From an uncultured virus (IMG/VR IMGVR_UViG_3300028920_000031) (lineage: Duplodnaviria > Heunggongvirae > Uroviricota > Caudoviricetes): a stretch of DNA of 64,000 nt. The stretch lies in IMG/VR virus record IMGVR_UViG_3300028920_000031; one strand, 5' to 3'. A model generated the notes under the pieces. That model saw nothing but the letters and a program-made list of their open reading frames with translations. It had not been told where the DNA came from and ran no database searches. Position numbers and translations under genes: made by a program. Positions 59,801 through 64,000 of the stretch are shown piece by piece (within the stretch, counting starts at the first letter, position 1; the number at the start of each line of letters is the position of its first letter).

Positions 59801-60185
59801 TGAATCCCCCGCCGCCATTGTCCGCCACGAAGACTCCTTGGTTATTCGGGGGACGCGGATGCGTCTCGCCATGGACCGGACCGCAGCCGATCTCGTGGAG
59901 CTGTCCCTCTTGCCTTCAGACTCTCCTGAATTGTCAATGGTTCTCGACAAGAGACGCGGTCGGTCGGACGAGGAATTCAGGCAGCATGTTTCCTGGCTTC
60001 TCAACGACATGGAGGCGATGACCGAAATAATTTTGAGCGAAATACGCGGCGGAGAAGTCGAAGGCGGCCGTCGCGTAATGGTCACCGTCGAATTTTTAGG
60101 CATTCAGCCCGTGCTGAACGATCCGATTCTGAGTCAATTCGGGCGCTTGGAAGAGCGCCGCGAAGAAGAATCTCCCCTTGCCTGA
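47838..60185 (+). CDS. 4,115-aa acidic modular protein with nine conserved linkers (putative polyprotein)
   Basis: Uninterrupted ORF; SLE(D/E)IF(E/D)(E/D)LGxxEEExxxE(R/K)(Q/S)L repeated nine times. Confidence 0.9.
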   Translation: MSSWLETFAARSLEEIFEDLGREEEEIRLEKSLTGIPPDIEKILDDYRKIGYSYQINESVLANPLVRKKVVDITSERTRESPLKVFFLSDLLLDAVREDQAFQDLLSEPIAQLMLDLRNNPDGENPEDLIERHGFDRPQEQQYYTFFQRPDEDEAAEAEQMISRAFEVAKQSYAEGEDVRDICEVQKMLDSAWADYLEGDIQSRYEEFQNLPRTHYWHMEQDYPMTWEGEARDQAEEAWDELVYDNPPAVFELPEILLERWGHYEEPDTWIDSEGNEQVNYHYSIGKLIGDYCVENPDETTAMARDLARVADQGETDIFLRTIMESDAFGSMLSEINPRLIQKAGDALRNRMLDWVTASPERAEANREVLNNLAIGIVKAATEEVAEHERLRLPREGEEVYALERFIERMQGLRRQGIPVPWPEDELPQTLQQLRDRLQNIVPREVWLRRQERERQRRQQDAELAEQAAEAESEEDRESTESEEDQESAEAASRAWLEKWASNSRRAKTLSVADIGPRSVTASFDIPEDTTWNLEFPFDSRKVSVSAQEDFAEASFGSPRKAYHAVIWPEKFADAAGLESDAEILEFLEALSSIRDAASKCGSGNFLGGIRTAARSLEDIFEELGQQEEEMKLERQLAEPPERQPAELRPQAPRPQFEPENGRGEEDRLLVIGSDAVSITESNRHAQLQFDPPMLAAYLQQYGLRYMQIWQAENDLVEIVVEKFEDTEDIMEAMAYASDGLHIDEYVRSTFEPTNSSSSGGLITFQATPPNAVQIRQDVAWGPNVGLIVEAMWPSVNGSELIAHLPLLERLFSQAYNSRLMTVATTSHSFHLTVEGSDDFDESFMQANRFNNLLLRAVPTVYRASMDEAVQTPGGEWRRILVITSNATCRAEGSLLQEGEDRHEARTISRDTFIALAMTDHGLDAREVRQEDNMLSSSLFGSNDLEEDEFGRRVEAFCRHVAQVLHIDEASWGVGAHRTQELPDAEGELHPFHAVHVFFEMPEGVVLVASDGDSVEKFGSRSLEDIFDELGKQEEEAELERQLSEKPSRAISEQPEENPPEPRPPSGDSRVGADYPRDALAFIADTAFYRDARRNNRVVIRTDRLRRFCEQAGYGFSFLYPAPGERVLTIRLRSAPGAWDVAGLAEIIAEQPEVVSADVAARVGEVVALSIHVYSVPLVYSDSILEDEEDESGEDENREINPANARDLLGLVDSANLIFAAPPFINDGRIVLYLASPMEESVNERDMRAEVVRERISEAEGVAGATMNSTRREAAIYISFDQEHVPEEVEENPTPIQVDSDGIHFAPMELQRFLLWHGIQLDISTIEVREEDGTTEITFFVDRTSHFIPEDRVENVLFIAMSRFRNWYPYLFDVSITPDGSLLDVEIATNARISTEWYRAAPLGGEPSSAESEAGVAYADEIFSVRNSRVVVELAELYELLGDYGFDVRGVPHVSNATLSIGIIRFDDLAVSEDREDFDRQLASLQQVLETFPEVLQVRSDRDRTGAQMQLLLSSPPSLPDMPRPPFYVSYDGTTAIDTAALSDLMRQYGLEVVCSDPVAREDIVFHNSIREVSCEIVTWPRRLDNYEDRHEMATMAAFRAAGDLWPSRVHWSINGQEDMTIDFFVFSSDRPLDANTLSGWLRTASEHGSLEDIFEELGKQEEEMEIERQLAELVPLPAFEDDSEDAGPEFESAAPDVDGDDIEFMFVGPYAANLVYIDRGNVQRVVVAIDLILVSITPGTVDSAMLVVDAPAGDSETQATQKFERLTSILAAHSSVRYVSIRSQQVVNNLHWRQTARIRFPSHYMFLDDVEFSREPFVSDGLNVRVYAGRLAYLAALFEQLELVDINAEDFLIRTTLIPVNPFGEDHDFMYRLTRLATRWERSPFVSDIRVEFTSGDDEQEQGTISMTMDRPPEVVGRPDSLPSISERDGTAYVREPLMMQRALRDHGIVISLTSWPHSHRIDISAQNAPGWSTGESFRQRVSDFAEWLSEVPGVRCHEGTAFQYDEAGEINGCQLIFRLNAPHVVDRQRTRSGSPARVASFSGWLRRAASGGSLEDIFEELGRQEEEMELERQLNAPPESAAEAPTMSPTSNDTTSAVPIEEVMGVGIEGVQATNTIYVRDPALRRYLYHFGLALERRPYLRDNGHIMQFSAITLARGASDPELNELYAATQRASFQILQEIEGLPERIQTRERSVHLNGDRYTVAMKFYVRRKFFAIISNEAPSAQPFRMNESGDGIDILVAMLAPRFTSHQMEIGGLITRTIGTRHYFNFAVQNLIPQFRNDAAFYEALQEIIEQIGRFTDSALVEESSVRPFEENICTATFRLAHPGNLVWQEERADASGWLRTASEHDSLEDIFEELGRQEEEMEIERQLAEPVASPIPEVEEPEMRETEFYAEQDMPGRVLVYVNALDSLISRVGGVLRGIGTGGEPGVHVRVALPDVQRLENLATDLERPDVIRSVTIVSSAWFRDELLAVLRLEVPHPNWMIANVDGMTRRPGSLSPISDSQFAAMNWRPRDTGISTADRYWGTSEDVNLLKTETFQEYLTDRGMALVSIDHDTRGHAASTFDFRVILLEAASNLSEEEGLVQEVCRDLELDESVRRVVPQGCEDINGRCVYSVALTGVRSDWQFERQANHFSWMPDEILQEGLMPLDAAAVRGPSPTNRVYWNRDLLAADLENRGLALTSIEEGEHDTVKISFRPRGDDAPTPNRFAADVAATPCVSDIDVETLGPPSSGGSNEVELNIYCDAKPVVEEGRQYEAEAANEPIYAEAIDAPRVTVSVSVLRQIAADESGDAVLLEVSDRFPQERSLILEFSAERHATSRNAFNVYGRQICWKLGRAPYVVQCAFNPLDTYNEEGTWHNNVRMDLLRPPQVVRDTAYWRGAATTGEFRTASEHGSLEDIFEELGRQEEEMELERQLTEPVNVLDGTEMPGPASSEMPPPTSPTISPVPIEEVMGVGIEGTRLRNTIYVRVPALTRYLSYMGLYMSRRPETSDNDHRLSFSAVSFSMRRFLGDFQNVFEQIQHDMERSEFVAVRGLHFYRDDDGHVRLDVVLGSNEKFFSLSSNEAPSAYPFRYDIANGTVLILPEMLGPRFAVRQMVIGDFSIVADSIVNAGDDENSRYFRFTITNVAQEIDAEAFLRDVHDIVAEIDMMVDSAFVAGHAVIPRSQRTAEAEFRLMQEGRIVWSDVFDATSSATGWLKRAASSGSLEDIFEDLGREEEEMETERQLAAPMPETSEDPEAPEAAEMPRDADQSEENAIVRTFSFEENGTTSEWKLILPIDSDLMEIRITEAIGTPEEDEGSAGTFRGPDSVCYHLLWPHQITDQIRSEFDVDLFEYLQDLFQVRSASAHVFVPGPEGSIQYSADAIRLFFSLFGMSVYDIRIDERSYGRECLSARLLAPQEVFERELAHVLSGLTASSLVTDVRCAGGVPAVTTDTVESNIFIFPSRPLAPEHTGSFLGGVKTASLEDIFEDLGREEEEMELERQLGEPIEPPVERPSASLLTPSDFLEVDTDNGTIDVDENLLRTYLASVFGLDMASANTLFNGNALWIHAIPATEQTEAFVTAARNTLERDFMAAEGVRAVDIDVREAAAGVVDAGVYITVGAGELRFLLESSGALPALNAAIFSFLPDGRARADRDALETYVHQAGFDLINRRTEGTESFPRRIGLDVGMSEVVLRRGNDFYTRTTQLRDAFMACPAVNAAQLTLLNPRTEGYRQASMVLTIAAPQSPPPPDDNIVRQISENEVRVDVVAFGAMFISEGMDTDSYHRGDENDILTFTVVDFTEGRSAADFEMDLTNLLANFVQSYQSVETFAIDEAEVEPAYENSRNVRLYFTCEFDLSPSVTTDVSDDESIFYQAPGIENPSADVEALNRFISQYDLFVASDIRYAPPSHTFVFDVATNVRDDALLHSLDPADQAVAQERADFDHRALSAAEGLSEQVAGVITARTISNNINLSPSSSIHVTIDPDELEASEWHPLRESPAAIVRHEDSLVIRGTRMRLAMDRTAADLVELSLLPSDSPELSMVLDKRRGRSDEEFRQHVSWLLNDMEAMTEIILSEIRGGEVEGGRRVMVTVEFLGIQPVLNDPILSQFGRLEERREEESPLA
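47871..58325 (+). repeat. Nine dispersed in-frame ~70-110 bp repeats starting (SLE codon) at 47871, 49683, 50901, 52785, 54000, 54900, 56544, 57474, 58251
   Basis: For example GAGGACATCTTCGAGGAGCTTGGAAGGCAGGAAGAGGAAATGGAG; copies 4-9 are very similar at DNA level. Confidence 0.92.
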
Positions 60186-60345
60186 CATCTTCCGCGGGAA
60201 CGGTTTCTTCCGCGGTCAAAGCGGCGGGCCTTTCGGCGGTTTTTCAGGAATATCTTTCAATTTCCGAATTGTTGCTTGATTTTTCCGCCTCTAGTCGCAT
60301 ATTCGTATGTCAAACAAGCGGAACGCATGCAGAAGGAAAAGCGAC

Positions 60346-62448
60346 ATGGGAAGAAGGCGCGCTGATCCCGTTGCCGCCCGCATCCGCAGAAGCCGCAAGG
60401 AGCTCGCCAAGGTTTCCAGACAGCTGAAGAGCGACTTTATCGGCATCGACCCCATCATCGACTCGATCGTTGACAAGATGCAGGCTTGGCACGCCATGCC
60501 CGAAGTTCTCACTCGTCCCACCGTCATCTGTCTTTGGGGCCTCACGGGCGTAGGCAAGACCGACGCAGTCCGCAAGATCGCCAAATATCTCGGCATGTCC
60601 GACCGGTACGTCGAGATTTTGATGCGGACTCAGACGAATAGCTTCCGCGACACCATCCGAAGCTATCTGTGGGGGTCGGACATTGTCCCGGGAGAGCCCG
60701 GCATACTCCTGCTTGACGAGATCCAGAATTTCAGGACGCTCGACGAGAACATGCGGGAAATCCCGAAATGCGACTTCGACGACGTCTGGACCCTCCTTTC
60801 CGACGGACAGTTCAGCGGGCGCTACGGACTGCGCTCCCAGCTGGACGAGGCCGCCCAGATGCTGCTCATGGAGCTCGACCAAAAGGCTTGGAAGTTGGAG
60901 CAGACGAAGCAGAAAAAGAAGAAAAAGGCTGAAAAGATTTCCAAGAGCGACGACGACGAGGTAATGCTTTCTTCGGACGACGAGGAAGAAGAGACTCCGT
61001 TCAGCTGCTCCTTCTGGGAGGCTCAGAGGCTTTACGACATGATCCATCCCAACGTGCCGCTCCACGAGTTCCGCAGAATGTCCATCGAAGAGCGTCTCGA
61101 GCTCGTCGACAGGAAGATGCGGGATCAGACGACCTACGAGGGCGAAAACTATTCCAAGTTGCTCGTATTCGTTTCCGGCAATCTTGACGAAGCCTTTCAA
61201 GACGCGATCCGCGGCGTTGCCGACGCCGACAGAGATGCCGACATCGTTCGTACGGCCACCATGAAGGTAGATCTCGTCCATATCAAGGACGCGCTGAAGC
61301 GCCGCTTCAAACCCGAGCAGATCGCCCGGTTCGGAAACAACCATATCATCTATCCGTCTCTCGACAAGAAATCTTTCAAGCTCCTGATCGAGAGACGCTT
61401 CGAGGACGCCGCCGCAATGGTGAGAGCCGAGTCCAAGGTGCAGGTGGCGTTCGACAAGCATGTCCACAAGCTGGCCTATGACAACGGCGTGTTTCCCGCC
61501 CAAGGCACGCGACCGGTGCTGACGTCGATCGACGGCATCATATCCGCTATCGTCCCCGCGGCGGTTTCCGACGCCCGGCTCGCGGGATCCCGCAAGGTGC
61601 TCGTTTCCTACGACGAGGAGAATCTGAGGCTCGTCGCCTCCTACACCCGCGGCATGACGAAGGTTCGTTACGAAGGGACCCTGGATTCGATTCGCCGCAA
61701 GATGGCCAAGAATCAGGACAGGACCGCGATGATAGCCGCGCACGAGGCCGGCCATGTCGTGGCCTACTGCGTATTGACCGGAAAGGCTCCGCAGCAGATC
61801 ACCTGCCGCACTACTTGGAAAGGGGGCTTCGTCAACGGGAATGCCGGCGAGGGTTCCCACCGCCGCTCGCTCGATCACGCATGCATTGCGCTTGCGGGCC
61901 TTGCCGCGGAAAAGATCATCTTCGGGGAATGGGCCAGCGACGGTGCGAGCAGCGACATCACCTCCGCGACCAATTGCCTGGGGCATCTCGTCAGAAAAGA
62001 GGGCCACGGCCGCGTGCCAATGCACGTCATGTCCGCAGCTCAGCAGTGCGACTCCACGCTGGTTTCCGACATGGAGAGCACGGACAGGGAAATCATGGAG
62101 CTTCTCGACAACCAGTTCAAGAGATCCGAAGCGATAGTGCGGGAGCACTCCTGCTTCTGTGCCGACGTTGCCGAGCGGCTCAGGGTTTCGGGAAGCCTGT
62201 CGTCGGAAGAGATATCGGCGATTGCGGACGCCTACGGCGTGCAGGCCGACGTCGTCGGCTCCGACTTCACCTTCGTCGGGCCGTATTCGAAGATGCTCTC
62301 CCAATTCCTCAAGAGCCAAGGTGTCGAATCCGACGGGGAATCCGCCGTCGTGGTCGAAGGGGACGCCATCCGCGAAATTGCGGACGAGCCCGAAGAAATC
62401 GCGGCACATTCCCCCAAGAAGAAGCGGAAGCGGAGAAAGGACGGCTGA
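60346..62448 (+). CDS. Soluble AAA+ ATPase fused to M41 metallopeptidase, paralogue 2
   Basis: GLTGVGKT, LLLDE, RFKPEQIARFG, HEAGH, AGLAAEK; promoter TTGATT-N16-CATATT at 60276-60303. Confidence 0.85.
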   Translation: MGRRRADPVAARIRRSRKELAKVSRQLKSDFIGIDPIIDSIVDKMQAWHAMPEVLTRPTVICLWGLTGVGKTDAVRKIAKYLGMSDRYVEILMRTQTNSFRDTIRSYLWGSDIVPGEPGILLLDEIQNFRTLDENMREIPKCDFDDVWTLLSDGQFSGRYGLRSQLDEAAQMLLMELDQKAWKLEQTKQKKKKKAEKISKSDDDEVMLSSDDEEEETPFSCSFWEAQRLYDMIHPNVPLHEFRRMSIEERLELVDRKMRDQTTYEGENYSKLLVFVSGNLDEAFQDAIRGVADADRDADIVRTATMKVDLVHIKDALKRRFKPEQIARFGNNHIIYPSLDKKSFKLLIERRFEDAAAMVRAESKVQVAFDKHVHKLAYDNGVFPAQGTRPVLTSIDGIISAIVPAAVSDARLAGSRKVLVSYDEENLRLVASYTRGMTKVRYEGTLDSIRRKMAKNQDRTAMIAAHEAGHVVAYCVLTGKAPQQITCRTTWKGGFVNGNAGEGSHRRSLDHACIALAGLAAEKIIFGEWASDGASSDITSATNCLGHLVRKEGHGRVPMHVMSAAQQCDSTLVSDMESTDREIMELLDNQFKRSEAIVREHSCFCADVAERLRVSGSLSSEEISAIADAYGVQADVVGSDFTFVGPYSKMLSQFLKSQGVESDGESAVVVEGDAIREIADEPEEIAAHSPKKKRKRRKDG

Positions 62449-62449
62449 C

Positions 62450-64000
62450 ATGGAACTTGAATTTATGGAAAAGGCGAACAAGACTACCTCCCTGCAAGAC
62501 CAGGTGTCGGCACTGATAGAGAATTCGGAGAGCGAAGTTTGCCGGGCGGAACCGTGCGAAGGGGAGTCCGCCGACGGTTTTCTGGCCAATTTCTTCCGCG
62601 GCATGGGAGGTCCGTCGTTTGTCATAGGCGCGGCCGAAGTCGTGCTTTCCAACGCCGGCAGGCTCATGCCCGACAACAAGAGGTATCAGACGGCAGTCAG
62701 GGTGGCGAGAGGGGTCATTCCCGCCGCGACGCTCGGATACAAGGTCTACAGCGCCTTCAAGTTCGCGAGCGAGATGTCGGCCCCGAAAGAGGAAAGCCCC
62801 TACGCCAGGCGCCGCAGGATCGCAAAGGAGCTGCTGGGACTGTCAGACGGGGAGGACGCCCCGTACCTGCGCGACCACGAGATGGAACTTGGCGAAATTG
62901 TCGTGGCATGGCTCTTGGAACTGCCCGAAACCGAGACCCTCCGCATTCTCGGCGTGCATCCCGAAGACGACGCGGAAAAGGTCGTGACCGCGCTTGGAAT
63001 GGGCTACCACCTCGTCAAGGCGTCCCTAAAGGACGTCGGCGAAGTGGTGTTCAGAATGAGGTCGAGCTATATTAGCTCGCTGAAGTCGATAGAGATATAC
63101 AGGCCCGAATCGATAAGTCCGGTTGACGTCTTCACGGCGGTCATGAAGGCATTTCTTGAGAGCAGGGAAATAGAAAATACGGTGATTCAGATGGACGGCT
63201 TCCGGATGTCGAGTCCGCCTCGGCCCTCTCTGGGCTTCACGCCGACGCAGCTGTCGGACGACATGGTCGTCGAGATTCGAAACTGCATCTCCAGAGAACG
63301 CAGGCGCACCTACGCCATGATCGGCGAGCCGGGATGCGGAAAAAGCACGGTGGCGCTCAAGATTCAGGACCTGTTCAGGGAAATTCCCGTCATCGTGATA
63401 AACCTTGCGGAATCCAGCCACATCAGGGACATAGCCCCTGCGTACATGCTGGCAAGATCGGTGTCCCCCGCAATCGTCATCCTCGAGGACATAGACCAGC
63501 TCGACCTTCGGAGCAAGTCGTCCGCGTCCTTGGGAGTGCTCATCGAAATTTTGGACTCCACGAAAATGTTGAGGTCCGTCATCACGATAATGACGCTCAA
63601 CGAGCCCGACAAGGTACATCCCAGCCTGATGGACCGCCGCGGCCGCATCGACCGCATCCTGCGGTTCGGACCGCCAAAAACAGACGCGGAAGTGCGGGAA
63701 GTCCTGCAAGTCTGGAGCAGGGAGCTGTTCGACACGGAGCTTCCCGAGGTCGGGCGGGATTTCTACGACGACATCCTTCGGGAAAAGCTGAATCATGCCG
63801 ACATCAGGGAACTTGTCGAACAGTGCAAGATCAGCGAAGACCGCATTACGGAAGCGGCCCTTCGCAAGGCCCTCGAAAAGCTTCAGCGGTCCAAGAGGGA
63901 TCTGCAGGAATTCATCAGGCTCAGACGGCGCGACCCTTGGGAAGATCTCCGGATCGACGACGAGCTGTCCGAAGCCTCCTGCGAAAGTGCATGTAGGTAG
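62450..64000 (+). CDS. AAA ATPase with N-terminal domain of unknown function
   Basis: GEPGCGKST, VILEDID, TLN, RRGRIDR; start MELEF 1 nt after the upstream stop. Confidence 0.85.
   Translation: MELEFMEKANKTTSLQDQVSALIENSESEVCRAEPCEGESADGFLANFFRGMGGPSFVIGAAEVVLSNAGRLMPDNKRYQTAVRVARGVIPAATLGYKVYSAFKFASEMSAPKEESPYARRRRIAKELLGLSDGEDAPYLRDHEMELGEIVVAWLLELPETETLRILGVHPEDDAEKVVTALGMGYHLVKASLKDVGEVVFRMRSSYISSLKSIEIYRPESISPVDVFTAVMKAFLESREIENTVIQMDGFRMSSPPRPSLGFTPTQLSDDMVVEIRNCISRERRRTYAMIGEPGCGKSTVALKIQDLFREIPVIVINLAESSHIRDIAPAYMLARSVSPAIVILEDIDQLDLRSKSSASLGVLIEILDSTKMLRSVITIMTLNEPDKVHPSLMDRRGRIDRILRFGPPKTDAEVREVLQVWSRELFDTELPEVGRDFYDDILREKLNHADIRELVEQCKISEDRITEAALRKALEKLQRSKRDLQEFIRLRRRDPWEDLRIDDELSEASCESACR

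Noticed and set aside
1..64000. tRNA or rRNA genes
   Set aside because: No cloverleaf or rRNA signature recognised by eye in the intergenic gaps; tRNAscan-SE would be needed to exclude them.

Overview
This window looks like a 64-kb segment of a large (jumbo/huge) tailed bacteriophage genome in the standard genetic code. It is gene-dense, has a large terminase, and shows no rRNA, tRNA or host housekeeping operons that I can recognise. Positions 1-28.8 kb are almost all minus strand and appear structural/late. They include a >2,490-aa NHL + poly-Ser + LamG fibre-like protein that runs off the left edge and is missing from the ORF track, a second poly-Ser/Cys-rich protein, two glycosyltransferase clusters, a DUF192/WYL-like fusion, a HExxH + CCA-type nucleotidyltransferase fusion, a trypsin-like protease, terminase and an ABC-type ATPase. 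The rest is mostly plus strand: RdgC-like protein, split NrdD with a Pro-starting intein, NrdG, Pth2-like hydrolase, Ogg-like glycosylase, vWA protein, two soluble AAA+/M41 protease paralogues, an internally deleted TnpB, a 4,115-aa modular protein and a further AAA ATPase. The best leads are: (1) the 4,115-aa protein, built from nine conserved linkers each preceded by a [KR]xA[SA]-like motif also found at domain junctions of other proteins, suggesting a protease-processed polyprotein/virion-cargo system; (2) a candidate phage O-glycosylation system for poly-Ser proteins; (3) two homologous TnpB-less omegaRNA-like IS605 right ends; (4) two recurring promoter classes. All calls were made by eye from motifs; no database searches were run.
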